From the human T2T-CHM13v2.0 reference genome, Homo sapiens, in NCBI RefSeq assembly GCF_009914755.1, contig NC_060931.1: 64,000 nucleotides of DNA. One strand, written 5' to 3'. Position numbers and translations under genes: made by a program. Below the pieces are notes generated by a model. That model did no database searches. It was not told where the DNA came from and saw nothing but the letters and a program-made list of their open reading frames with translations. Of the stretch, positions 12,091 to 25,204 are shown in pieces; positions within the stretch are counted from its first letter, which is position 1, and each line of letters opens with the position of its first letter.

Positions 12091-14901
12091 AGATGAGGCA
12101 CTTGTCGGGGACTGGACTAAACGTGACTCTTGCTATGCTTTATCAAAGAGACTGGTGGCATTTTGCCCCTGCCCTAGAGATCTGTGGAACTCTGAACTTG
12201 AGAGTGATGATTTAGGGTATCTGGCAGAAGAAATTTCTAAGCAGCAAAGCATTTAAGATGTGATGTGGGTGCTGTTAAAAGCATTCAGTTTTATGTATTC
12301 ACAAGGATATGGTTTGGAATTGGAACTTATGTTTAAAAGGGAAAGAGAGCATAAAAGTTCAGAAAATTTGCAGTATGACAATCCAATAGAAAAGGAAAAC
12401 CCATTTTTCTGGTGAGAAATTCAAGCCCACTGCAGAAATTTGCGTAAGTAACAAGGAACCAAATGTTAATCACCATTTGGGGATTATGTCTCCAGGGCAG
12501 TGAGAGGTCTTAATGGCAGCCACTCCCATCATAATCCCAGAGGCCTAGGAGAAAAAAAAAGTTTCCTGGGCCAGGCCCAGGGCCTTGCTGCTTTCTTCAG
12601 TCTTGGGACTTGGTGTCCCACTTCCCAACCATGGCTAAAAGGGGCATACACAGAGTTCAAGCTATTGCTTCAGAGGGTATAAGCTCCAAGCTTTGGTGGC
12701 TTACATGTAGTGTTGAGCCTGTGGGTGCACAGAAGTCAAGAACTGAGGTTTGAGAACATCCACCTAGATTTCAGAGGATGTATGGAAATGCCTGGATGTC
12801 CAGGCAGAGGTGTGCTGCAGGGGCAGATCCCTCATGGAGAACCTCTGCTAAGGCAGTGTGGAAGGGAAATGTGGGGTTCAAGCCCTAATACAGAGGCCTC
12901 ATTGGGGCACTGCCTACTGAAGTTCCTCCAGAACCCAGAATGGTAGATCCACAGAGAGCTTGCACCATGTGCCTGGAAAAGCCACAGACACTCAATGCCA
13001 GCACATGAATGCACCCAGGAGAGGGGCTGTACCCTGCAAAACCACAGGGTCAGAGCTGTCTGAGACCATGGGAACCCACCCCTTGCATCAATGTGACCTG
13101 GATATGAGACATAGAGTCAAAGGAAATCATTTCAGAGCTTTAAGATTTGACTGCCCTGCTGTTGTGGGAAGTCAGGAACACCAAACAGAGGGACCGGCTG
13201 AAGCCATCTCAAAAGAACATAAATTGTGAAGATTTCATGGACATTTATTAGTTCTCCAAAATTAATACTTTTGTAATTTCTTATGCCTGTCTTTACTGCA
13301 ATCTCTGAACATAAATTGTGAAGATTTCATGGACACTTATCACTTACCCAATCAATACCCTTGTGATTTCCTATGCCTGTCTTTACTTTAATCTCTTAAT
13401 CCTGTCATCTCGTAAACTGAGGAGGATGTATGTCGCCTCAGGACCCTGTGATGATTGCATTAACTGCAAAAAATGCTTGTAGAGCATGTGTGTTTGAACA
13501 ATATGAAATCTGGGCACCTTGAAAAAAGAACAGGATAACAGCAATGTTCAGGGAACAACAGAGATAACATTAAACTCTGATCACCGGAGAGCCGGGCAGA
13601 ACAGAGCCATATTTCTCTTCTTTCAAAAGCAAATGGGAGAAATATCACTGAATTCTTTTTCTCAGCAAGGAACATCCCTGAGAAAGAGAATGTGTCCCTG
13701 AGGGTAGGCCTCTAAAATGGCCCCCTTGGGTGCGGCCATCTTCTATGGTCAAAACTGTAGGGAAGAAATAAGCCCCAGTCTCCCATAGCACTCCCAGGCT
13801 TATTAGGATGAGGAGATTCCCGCCTAATAAATTTTGGTCTGACCGGTTGTCTGCTCTCAAACCCTGTCTCCTGATAAGATGTTATCAATGACAATGCATG
13901 CCCAAAACTTCATTAGCAATTTTAATTTCGCCCTGGTCCTGTGGTCCTGTGATCTCGCCCTGCCTCCATTCGCCTTGTGATATTCTATTACCTTGTAAAG
14001 CATGAGATCTCTATGACCCACACCCTATTCATACACTCCCTCCTCTTTTGAAAATCACTAATAAAAACTTGCTGGTTTTACGGCTCAAGGGGCATCACAG
14101 AACCTACCGACATGTGATGTCTCCCCCAGACGCCCAGCTTTAAAATTTCTCTCTTTTGTACTCTGTCCCTTTATTTCTCAACCCAGCTGATGCTTAGGGA
14201 AAATAGAAAAGAACCTACGTGACTATCAGGGGCAGATTCCCCGATACCCTGCTAGAGTTTGGACTTGCATGGGGCTTGTAGCCCCTTTGTTTTGGCCAAT
14301 TTCTCCCATTTGGAATGGTTGTATTTACCCAATGCCTGTACCCCCATTGTATCTAGGAAGTAACTAACTCACTTTTGATTTTACAGGCTCATAGGCAGAA
14401 GGGATTTACCTTGTCTCAGATGAGACTTTGGACCGTGGACCTTTGAATTAATGCTGAAATAAGACTTTGGGGGACTGTTGGAAAGGCATGATTGGTTTTG
14501 AAATGTGAAGACATGAGATTTGGGAGGGGCTGGGGCAGAATAATAGGGTTTGGCTGTGTCCCCACCCAAGTCTCACCTTGAATTGTAATAATCCCCACAT
14601 GTCAAGAATGGTGGCAGGTGGAGATAATTGAATCATGGGGCAGTTTCCCCCATAGTGTTCTCATGGTAGTGAGTAAGTCTCAGGAGATCTGATGGTTTTA
14701 TACATGGAGGTTTCCCCTGCACACTCTCTTGCTCTCTTGCCAGCCACCACGTAAGATGTGCCTTTGCTCTTCCTTCACTTTCTGCCATGATTGTGAGGCC
14801 TCCCCAGCCATGTGGAACTGTGATCCATTAAACCTCTTTCCTTTATAAATTACCCAGTCTCAGGTATGTTTTTATTAGCAGTGTAAGAACCGATGAAAAC
14901 A
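12091..14901 (+). mobile_element. MaLR THE1C-like element: 5'-deleted internal region plus 3' LTR (14541-14901)
   Basis: Sense THE1-int (agatgaggcacttg...gagatttgggaggggctggggcagaa polypurine tract), then LTR taatagggtttggctgtgtcccc...gatgaaaaca; interrupted by MER11. Confidence 0.85.
13160..14246 (+). mobile_element. MER11 (B/C-like) solo LTR, HERV-K11/HML-8
   Basis: Starts tgttgtgggaagtcagg, has the internal repeat gaacataaattgtgaagatttcatggaca, ends ...attccccgata. Perfect 6-bp TSD ccctgc (13154-13159 and 14247-14252). Confidence 0.88.
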
Positions 14902-15029
14902 CCCACATTATTCTGTCTTCTGAGCTATTCAAACTGTTGCAACCTCTGCCTGTTACCCAATTCCAAAGTCACTTCCACATTTTTGGGTATCCTTATAGCA
15001 GTGTCCCACTCTCTGCTGCACCAATTTAC
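14902..15029 (-). mobile_element. 5' end of THE1-int (antisense), no adjoining LTR
   Basis: ...ttccaaagtcacttccacatttttgggtatc...ccaatttac is the reverse complement of the THE1-int start. Confidence 0.8.
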
Positions 15030-16260
15030 ATGTTGGTACCATATCTTTGCTATTGTGAATAGTGCTGTGACAAACATGAATGCAGTAATCTTTTTGATAC
15101 ATTAATTTATTTTCTTTCAGGTAAATACCCAGTATTGAGATTGCTGGATTGAATAATAGTTTTGTTTTTAGTTTAAGAAATCTTAAAGGTTGGGAAGTTT
15201 AAAGTTCAAGGCATTAGAGTATCTTTATGCACTGGTGACATTGCACCTTTAAATTTCTGGTACCACAGTGGGTAACACCAGACTGGCTGGCCTAAATTCC
15301 ATTCTGCATTCTTGGAGTGAGCTATGGAGATACTGACCTTGAATTCACACAGTTTGCTCACAGGCTCAGAATGCTCCACTCCTACTCCATCACTGAGGGC
15401 TCAGAATTTTTTAATGACATAGTTGTCCCTTCAATGTAAGATATCCAAATTATAGATTACACAGGAAAATATGGAATATTTTATTAATATACATGTAAAA
15501 TGAGTCAAAGTAACTCCCGAGAAGATATATCCCTTATTTTGTTTAATGAAGGAAATGACCAATAGAAATTACTGTAAACCCAGAGAATAAGAAGGCAATT
15601 CTAAAAACATGTACCTGGAAAGCTCTGTCTGTATCTGGAGATCAGGTTTGCTTAGATACTCAAAGTGCAATTAAAGTGGTTTGAAAATTCAAAGCAGCTT
15701 TAGAGTACCATTATAGGAGCACTGGAAAAATAAAATGATATAAAAGAAAATTAGTAAGCTAGACAAAGGGAGAAACTTCCTTACGAGAAAGCTTAATATC
15801 TTAGAAGAAGGATTCGGTAAATACAAAAGAGGAAAAAAAGTGGTGCCCATGGTAATGGTTCTTAAAGTTTTCGTTTTTAAAAAGAGATGTTTTTGTCATT
15901 GGTGGAACTGAAAAGGTAACGGGTAATCAAAGAGCAATTTGAGTGAAAGAGGCATGATCTTAGTGAGCAAATTAAAGTGCTGCCTCAGAAAGTGATATGA
16001 TCCAGAAATTAGTAGATGGTGAAAAACACCTCCTGTATAGAAGGTCTATGATAACATCAGCCAGAAGTGCATACTGTGAGTCCTCTAGAGGTGGATACAA
16101 TGAATATTAGGATTTTGTGTCAATTAAAAGGTAGCGACATCTTAGTATGTGGAAAGGCTAGTTGCATCATACCTAACTAAATCATAAAGTTGTTATTGTT
16201 TAGATGTTTAAATGTATATAAAAGTGTGTTTATAAATGCCAAGCTGCCAAAGGGGGATAC

Positions 16261-16786
16261 TGTACTAATTCCTAAGTTACTGTCTTTCTGCTCCAAACTC
16301 ATCCTTCCACTCTATGCTTAGTGGTAGCTGAAAGTCCCCAAATTACCTTTGCCTTTTGCCCGGATGACTTCCATTTAGGTTCTACCAATAGGGGGCGCTA
16401 GAGGAAACTGGGAGCGTTGAGAGGGCAAAAGAAACTTGCTCCTCCTACCTGTGTGCTTGCTGCTCTTTTTGGTGTTACCTCAACTCTTCACTTGGGCAGT
16501 TCCCAGAGTCAGCCTCATCACTCCCAACCTGGGGCCATAGTTTTAGTGGGGTTTGTGGGGGGCACTTTCTCCTCAGAGGTTGAAGTTCCCACACCGTCTC
16601 TCCTCTGAATCTGTAAATTGTAATCACTCTAACCTCTGTTCTTTCCTGACTCTGTCCTGTCTGTTCGTCTGAGAGCTTCTTTGTTGCTGCTTTCCTTCTT
16701 CAATGTTCATTTAACCACGTATTTATCTAAATTCTCCGTTGAAGTACCAGAGTGCTTTGTTTTCCTGGTGGATTCCTGCTGGTTCA
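16261..16786 (+). mobile_element. ERVL LTR, LTR41/LTR33-like (preceded by probable ERVL internal relic ~15200-16260)
   Basis: Polypurine-tract-like gccaagctgccaaagggggatac, then tgtac...ctccaaactcatccttcc...ttaggttctaccaatagggggcgctagagg...ttttcctggtggattcctgctggttca. Confidence 0.65.
16382..16400 (+). promoter_or_regulatory. Candidate CTCF site
   Basis: CTACCAATAGGGGGCGCTA, one mismatch from the CCASYAGRKGGCRS core, with the CpG intact. Confidence 0.65.
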
Positions 16787-18300
16787 AAAACAAGTTAGAA
16801 AAACATTTAGAAATTCGGGACAATTATTCAAGTAATTATAAAAAAAAATCTGGCCATGTATGGGAGTTTACAAACAGCATTAACATAAAATATTTTTTAT
16901 CTGGTGTGTTGCAAAGCAATCTAGTTATTATAGTTTGGTGTATGCATTACTTGCATGCTGAATGAACATGCCAAAGAAATTTAGGAATTGACTGCCAAGC
17001 AAAGGCAAAATGATGATGAGCCAAAAAAGTGGGAGCCAGGGTTGACAATCTTATACCACCTCTTTATTAAACTAGCAGAGGGAGAGAACAAATATAAAAG
17101 CTAAGTAACAGGATGCTAAACACAAAACACAAATAATAGAAAGCCCAAATATCTCAATATTTACACTGAGAGAAAATTGATTATATTTTCCCATTTTCAT
17201 ATTGTATTGTATTTCATATTTTTAAGCCCATAAAATACAGTTATATATTATTTGTAAGACTAGCTAAAACACAATCACAAAGAAAGTCTGGGAATATGAG
17301 AATGAAGAACACAGCCTATGCAAATATTTAATAAGTTGATGCGGCAATATAAATACAAGCTGGATGTTTGCACTCATGTTTATATCAGGCAAATGCACTA
17401 ATTGGTATGAAGAGTACTCCATAATAATAGAGGTAAAACTCTATCAAGAATATGTAACAATCATAAATATGTATATACAACAATATAACCTTAATGTAGA
17501 AATAGGAAAAAAAATAGAATTACACTGAAAAGATTACCAACTCAACTTCTTAGTGGGGGAATTAGAAAAATGCTCTCAGAAAATAATAGATAATCCTGAC
17601 AAAAATTGGAAATAAAAACTACAAAAAATTTACATGCTTGATCAAACAGATATATAAAGATTCCTACATTCCCTAAAATAAAGCATATACATTAAAGTCA
17701 ATATAACAATTGCAAAAAGTGAATATATACAAAACAAAAAAACCCCTCATATTTTCAAAGAATCAATATCACAAGGATTCATTCTCTTACCACAGGTGAT
17801 AATAAATGTAAAATTAACAACAGAAATGTAACAAAAATATTTGGAAACCTAAAAATGCACTTCTTCATAATTTGTCCTTTGAAGATGAAATCAACCATAA
17901 TGAAAGTTCTAAATGTCAGACTTAAAATGTATGGCTAAAATGGTGGGGGAAAATAAATTTACAGCTAAAATTACATTTATTTTAAAAGTAAGATTTATAA
18001 TAAGTTAAATATTCAACTCAGAAATATACAATGACCAAAAATTAAAATAAAAATAGTATATAATTTATATAAGAGCAAACGTTATTGGAAAAATAAAGAA
18101 TGATAAACATTATTAAAATAGAATCTTAGTTCCTTTTTCAAAAAATACTAATAAAATAGACTGATCAGAAAAAAAGGGGAAAAGATGTGTATATAGAATA
18201 TTAGGTACAAAAAGTTATAAAAACAAGATGTAGATTTTTTAAATGACAATAGAATGTTATAAGCAAAACTTATTTCAATAAATTTAAAAGATTTGAAGAT

Positions 18301-20591
18301 ATTCCAGTTCTCAGAGGGAATGCTTTCAACTTTTTCCCATTCAATATTATGTTGGCTGTGGGTTTGTCATAGATGGCCTTTTTTACATTAAGGTATGTCC
18401 CTTGTATGCCAATTTTGCTGACAGTTTTAATCATAAAGGGATGCTGGATTTTGTCATATGCTTTTTCTGCATCTATTGAGATCATGTGATTTTTGTTTTT
18501 AACTCTGTTTATCTGGTGTATCACATTTATTGACTTGCATATGTTAAACTGACCCTGCATCCCTGATATGAAACCCACTTAATCATGGTGGATTATCTTA
18601 TTGATATGTTGTTGTATTCGTTTAGCTAGTATTTTGTTAAGGATTTTAGCATCTATGTTCATCAAGGATCTCGGTCTGTAGTTTTCTTTTTTGGTTATGT
18701 CCTTTCCTAGTTTGGGTATTAGGATGATGCTGGCTTCATAGAATGAATTAGGGAGGGTTCCTTCCTTCTTTACCTTGTGGAATAGTGTCAAAAGGATGGG
18801 TACTAATTCTTCTTTGAATGTCTAGTAGAATTCTGCTGTGAATCCATCTGGTCCTGGACTTTTTCTTGTTGGTAATTTTTAAATTACCATTTCAACCTTG
18901 CTGCTTGTTATTGGTCTGTCACTCTCACCACCCCTCTTCAACGTAGTACCGGAAGTCCTAGCCAGAGCAATCAGACAAGAGAAAGAAATAAAGGGCATCC
19001 AAATTGATAAAGAGGAAGTCAAACTGTCACGGTTTGCTGACTATATGATTGTTTACCTTGAAAACTGTAAAGACTCCTCCAGAAAGCTCCTTGAACTGAT
19101 AAAAGAATTCAGCAAATTCTCTTTGGATACAAGATTAATGAACACAAATCAGTAGCCCTTCTATAGACCAACAGTGACCAAACAGAGAATCAGATGAAAA
19201 GCTCAGCCCCTTTTACAATAGCTGCAAAAAATAAAATAAAATACTTAGGAATATACGTAACCAAGGAGGCAAAAGACCTTTACAAGGAAAACTACAAAAT
19301 ACTGCTGAAAGAAATCATAGATGACACAAACAAATGAAACACATCCCATGTTCATGGATGGGTAGAATCAATATTGTGAAAATCACCATCCTGCCAAAAG
19401 CAATCTACAAATTCAGTGCAATTCCCATGAAAATACCACCATCATTTTTCACAGAATTAGAAAAAAAAATTATAAAGTTCATATGGAACCAAAAAAGAGT
19501 CCACATAGCCAAAGCAAGACTAAGCAAAAAGAATAAATCTGAAGCCATCACACTACCTGATTTCAAACTACATTATAAGGCCTTAGTCACCAAAACAGCA
19601 TGGTACTGGTATAAAAATGGGCACATAGACCAGTGGAACAGAATAGAGAACCCAGAAATAAACCCAAATGCTTACAGCCAACTGATCTTCAACCAAGCAA
19701 ACAAAAACATAAAGTGGGGAAAGGACACCCTTTTCAACAAATGGTGCTGGGATAATTGGCTAGCCACACGTAGTATAATGAAACTGGCTACTCATCACTT
19801 ATACAAAAAATCAACACAAGATAGATTAAGGACTTAAAGCTAAGACCTGAAACTGTAAAAATTCTAGAAGAAAACATTGGAAAACCCTTCTAGACATTAT
19901 CTTATGCAAAGATTTCATGACCAAAAACCCAAAAGTAAATGCAATAAAAACAAAGGTAAATATTTGGACTTAATCAAACTAAAGAGCTTTTGCATGGCAA
20001 AAGAAACAGTCAGCAGAGTAAACAGACAACCCACAGAGTGGGAGAAAATCTTCACAATCTATACATCTGACAGAGGACAAATATTCAGAATCTACAACAA
20101 ACTCAAACAAATCAGTAAGAAAAAACACAAAATTCCATCAAAAAGTGGGATAAGAACATGAATAGACAAGTCTCAAAAGAAGACATACAAATCGCCAACA
20201 AACGTGAAAAAATCTTCAACATCACTAATGATCAGGGAACTGCAAATCAAAACCACAATGTGATACCACCTTACTCCTGCAAGACTGGCTATAATAAAAA
20301 ACTCAAAAAACAGTAGATGTTGGCATGGATGCGGTGACCAAGGAACACTTCTACACTGCTGTGAATGTAAACTAGTACAGCCACTATGGAAAACAAGTGT
20401 GGAGATTCCTTAAAGAACTAAAAGTAGAACTACCATTTGATCCAGCAATCCCATTACTGGGTATCTGCCCAGAGGAAAAGAGGTCATTATATGTAAAAGA
20501 TACTTGCATATGCATGTTTACAGCAACATAGTTTGCAATTGCAAAATCGTGGAACCAACACAAATGCCCATCAATCAACGAGTGGATCAAG

Positions 20592-20644
<53 letters not shown>

Positions 20645-21007
20645 ATATAAAATAGAATACTACTCAGCCATAAAAAGAAATGAATTAACGGCATTTGCAG
20701 TGACTTGGATGAAATTGGAAACTATTAATCTGATTGAGGTAACTCAGGAATGGAAAACTAAACATTTTATGTTCTCACTGATATATGGGAGCTAAGATAT
20801 GAGGATGCAAAGGCATAAGAATGATACAATGGACTTTGGGGACTAGGGGGAAAGAGAGGGATGGGGACGAGGGATGAAAGACTACAAATAAGGCGCAGTG
20901 TATACTTCTCAGGTGATGGGTGCACCAAAATCTCACAGATCACTAAAAAACTTACCCATGTAACCAAATACCACCTGTACCCAAATGACTTATGGAAAAA
21001 TAAAAAA
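18301..21007 (+). mobile_element. L1PB-like 5'-truncated LINE-1 with 5' inversion (18301-18919 antisense, 18920-21007 sense)
   Basis: ORF-track ORF2 fragments on - (18270-18791) and + (18898-20161); L1PB-type 3'UTR (gaggatgcaaaggcataagaatgatacaatggactttgggg) and A tail. Confidence 0.9.
20596..20643. repeat. (TG)n microsatellite inside L1
   Basis: Direct observation. Confidence 0.95.
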
Positions 21008-22284
21008 TATTTGGAAAATATTACTTACACTGCCTTATGTAGAAGTAGAAAATCCAAAACCTTAATGTTCAAAAAATTGAATTGGTTACCAGAATTTTCT
21101 TCTAATCAAAGAACACCATGCCATATAGTTTTAAAGACAAATTTTACCGATCCTTAAGGAACAGCTAATTTTCATACTATGTAAAACTTATTGAGAATAG
21201 ACAAAAGAAGTACAGCAATCCAGCTTGCTTTATAGGGCTAGTATAACAATGATAACAAAACTAGAAAAGTACAGTAGAAGAAAAGTGATTTATTGAACAA
21301 ATCTCAAAAATGAACATAAATGCAAATTAGCCTAAGTGTTAGTAAACCAAGTTCAGCATTGCTATTATCAAACAAAATACATCTTTTTCAGATAAAATAT
21401 AATTTTAGGCAAAAAAATTATAAGACATATAGAAGGCTTTTATATTTATAAAATTAGAAATAGAAAAAGAAGAGATATAATTTATGAGTTTATATATTTA
21501 ATAAATTGGACCGTGAACAACATATGGGTCACAGTGATTGTTTCTCTCCAGGCATTAGATGCCCTTGGGCATCAATATGAGGAAGCAGCATCTTTTCAGT
21601 ATATGAGGACACAATCTGAACACCAATCACCAACAAGCCTCTTACTGAACAGGTCTGATGGGGAAAAGCACATTAAAACCTGCTACAGGTGAGCTCTCTC
21701 AAGGTTAAAATAATAGGTTTTTTTACTTTCTTAGTTGGCAGTCATAAACATTAAAAAAACTTTAATTTAGCAAATTACATCCTGCCTCCTTTATATTTAA
21801 GTATAAGAATGGATTTAGGTAAAAGACTAAAAGAAAAATTTAAAGCACAAAGACACCATCGGATTGTCTCAGCTGGATTTCCGGAAATTATAAAATAGGG
21901 TCAGTTCATTTTCATTTCTTCATTCTCAGAAGACAGAGAAAATAGTAATAGTCACAGACCTCAGGGATTATGGTCGTCCTCACTTCACCTCACACTCCCC
22001 TTGCATTCAAAATCACTAGAAATTAAAGAACAGGGATTGCTTCTTGGTAAGAACTGTCCTTCCTTGTTTGTGCTCCAGTTAAATTTTACAAAAAGGGTTC
22101 AACAAATCCCACTGGGATGCTTTATCCTTCTTTCTGATCCCTTAACATGTTGCCCACAGCTTCTATAGCTCTTGCTACCTGGTCCTACTTTGGGAATTGG
22201 ATTCCTTGTGGAGATTTGATGGAAAAAATTACAGAATATATGTTCGGGTTGCACAGAAGATAAAACTCAGTCAAAATGGGATGG

Positions 22285-22392
22285 GAATACTATATGGGTT
22301 CCACCTGCCCTGAAACAAGTGATTCTATTTGGAAGGTTGAATCTATATGAGTTCCACCTGCCCTAAAAACAAGTGAATCTATTTGGAAGGTT
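22285..22392 (+). repeat. Tandem duplication, 2 x 54 bp
   Basis: gaatactatatgggttccacctgccctgaaacaagtgattctatttggaaggtt / gaatctatatgagttccacctgccctaaaaacaagtgaatctatttggaaggtt. Confidence 0.9.
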
Positions 22393-23311
22393 AGTAGGTG
22401 GGGATATTTTGGAGTTCCTGAAACTAAAATAAGCCTGGGGAATCTGTAATGTATGAAGAGGTCCTGGAAGTAATTGTATTCCTGCTTAAATTTCTGATCA
22501 TGAATCCTACACTGACTGAAGAAAGTAACAGCAGCAACATCTTGACATCAACATCCTTCCAGAGAAAACCAGAGAGATAAGTACAGGGAGAGCCCTTTTC
22601 CCTAGGACAGGAGCAGATGGCAGTGTGCGTGATGGGTCTTTATCTCTCCACTGCAACACACTTTCATAGCATACTGAGGCATGGTTGATCTAAGCAGAGA
22701 ATAACGTCATCTCTTCTGAGAGCTATCCAACCTCCACTGGGGCACTTTTTTCCCCCAATAATCTTTTTGGAATGAAAGAGTTTCAACACTAGCTTACAGA
22801 TGCTTTTTACTAATTTGTGAAGCTTTACCTAACTCATATCCACCTTGTTTTCTCATTTTTAGTTGTTAATCCTGATGTAAAATGTAAGTTTTTATATTAT
22901 CCAACCTTTATTTATTATACAATTTCAGAAGCACTGTAATAAAAAATCACAACGCAAACTGTAATTCTTACCTGTTAATGCCAAATTTCTGCTATTTACA
23001 GACTTAGCTACTAGACTAATTTAACATTTTTCTCTTTCAGATATACCTAATGTAGATAATTTATTTTGATGCTTTTGGTGTTGAATTTCTTGTTTAAATT
23101 GTAAGGTAAAATAGTTGTTTGTGGGGGGTTGCCTCATGTTTCTATTGCCTCATGAAATTAAGTAGTGGTTTTATAGAACAATGGGCCTAATTGACTGCAA
23201 ACTAGATTTATGTTACATAAGAAGAAGAGTGACACAAAGGATTTGTTTTAAAATATGAAATTCATTTTTCTGAGCTATTTAAACATGAGAATTATCATAT
23301 TTGTGAGTCCC

Positions 23312-24040
23312 TTTTTTCTAAATTTTTGTAGGTACATAGTAGGTGTATATATTTATGGGGTATATGAGATGTTTTGATACAGGCACGCAATGTGAAATAA
23401 GCACATCATAGGGAATGAGGCACCCAGACCCTCAAGCATTTACCCTCTAAGTTACAAAAAATCCAATTACATTCTTTAATGTGAATGTAATCCAATTACA
23501 TTCTTTAATGTGAATGTAAAGAATTACATTCTTTAATTATTTTAAAATTACAATGAAGTTATTGACTATGGCCACCCTATTTTGCTAACAAATAATAGGT
23601 CTTATTCATTCTTTTTAATTTTTTTGTACCCATTAATGATCCCCACCTCCTCCCAATACCCGGCTACCCTTCCCAGCCTCTAGTAACCATCCTTCTACTC
23701 TGTATGTCCATGAGTTCAATTGTTTTGATTTTTAGGTCCCGCAAATAAGTGGGAACATGTGATGTTTGTCTTTCTGTGCCTGGCTTATTTAATTTAACAT
23801 AATGATTTCCATTTCCATCCATGTTGTTGCAAATGACTAGATCTCATTCTTTCTTTATGGCTGAATACTGCTCCACTGTGTATATGTACCACATTTTCTT
23901 TATCCATTCATCTGTTGATGGACACTTAGCTTGCTTCCAATTATTAGCTATTGTAAACAGTGCTGCAACATAGGAGTGCAGATATCTCTTCGATATACTG
24001 ATTTCCTTTCTTTTGGGTATATGCCAGTGGGACTCCTGGA
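23312..24040 (-). mobile_element. L1MA 3' end
   Basis: tttttgtaggtacatagtaggtgtatatatttatggggt...gatggacacttag...gatatctcttcgatatactgatttcc is an antisense L1MA 3'UTR/ORF2 end. Confidence 0.85.
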
Positions 24041-25204
24041 ATATTTGTGAGTATTTTTAATAGTCTTATCAATCCAACCAGGTTACATGTGCCTACAAAC
24101 AAGTACAGTCTTATATGCCCTCAGCTAAGACATGTAGCAGGACGTAATATATGTTCAGTTAATACCTGTGGATTTATATTTTGTGATTTAGCTACTTGGA
24201 GATGGGGGAAGATGAGATGACACCATTGGTCCTTCTATTTTATTGTGTGCCTTTATTATATGAAATTTTAAAAGTAGCATTGTTATCTTCATTGGACTCA
24301 GATATTGCAAGGAAGTTGAGGTGAAAGTGAATAACACTTTTCTATACATTTGGGACCACTGAATCCTATTGTTGGAAAGGATCTTGGCATTCTTCTAGTT
24401 CAACTTCTCACATGACAAAGGAATCCCATCTTGAATAGATGGTTAATTAATCTATGAATTAAAACACTCACTGAAATCTTCATTCCTAATAAAATTACTA
24501 ATTTTCAAGAAGGCAATTTCAATAATGATCAGATTATTTATTGACTAAGATAATATCACCTTCCAATAATTTCTACTTTGAATTATGATTCTTGCTTTGA
24601 AGCAAAACTTATCTACCTTTGCTGATGAAATCTTTCAAATATTACTTGAATAGGGAACTCATTGATAGGAACTCAATTATGAATTTTTCTGTTTTTATTT
24701 TAGTGAAATCCAGATGGATTATGGGCTGAAGAAGGCTATAGAGTCAGGCAAAAAAACAGAAGCAATAATTTAGAAATTACAATGATTCAAACCTCAGTAT
24801 ACCCTCTTGGCTTTGGAAGGATTTTAAAACATTTGATAGGCCACAAAAAAAAACTAAAGAGTCACCATAAATAATAAGTAGTTATTTATTTGTACATGAT
24901 AGTTAAGAAGCTATAAAATATGTTAAACATTCTATGAATATAAGTATATGGTTAGAGTTTTAGCTCTAGTTTTGGATAGAGATCAGTATTTTTTAAATCC
25001 CAGGCTATGACCCATCATGAAATAATTCAGCCAGCACTTTTACTAATGAAATAGAATACATTAGACTAGAATAAAACAGAAAACAAGCACATTACACAGA
25101 GTAAGGATTCAATTGTATATGTACTCATGTGTGTATGTACTGGGTAGACATTTATTACTGTAGGAATATAGCAGAATTTTAGAAATTTCCAAATGCAACT
25201 AAAT

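Noticed and set aside
13214-13395. Direct repeats gaacataaattgtgaagatttcatggaca that look array-like
   Set aside because: Intrinsic internal duplication of MER11 LTRs; not a CRISPR-like array.
18270-20161. Reverse-transcriptase-like ORFs
   Set aside because: Frameshifted, stop-interrupted L1 ORF2 fragments from a truncated inactive element.
24980-25170. Possible hAT/Charlie-type MITE relic
   Set aside because: Too degenerate to assign family or termini by eye.
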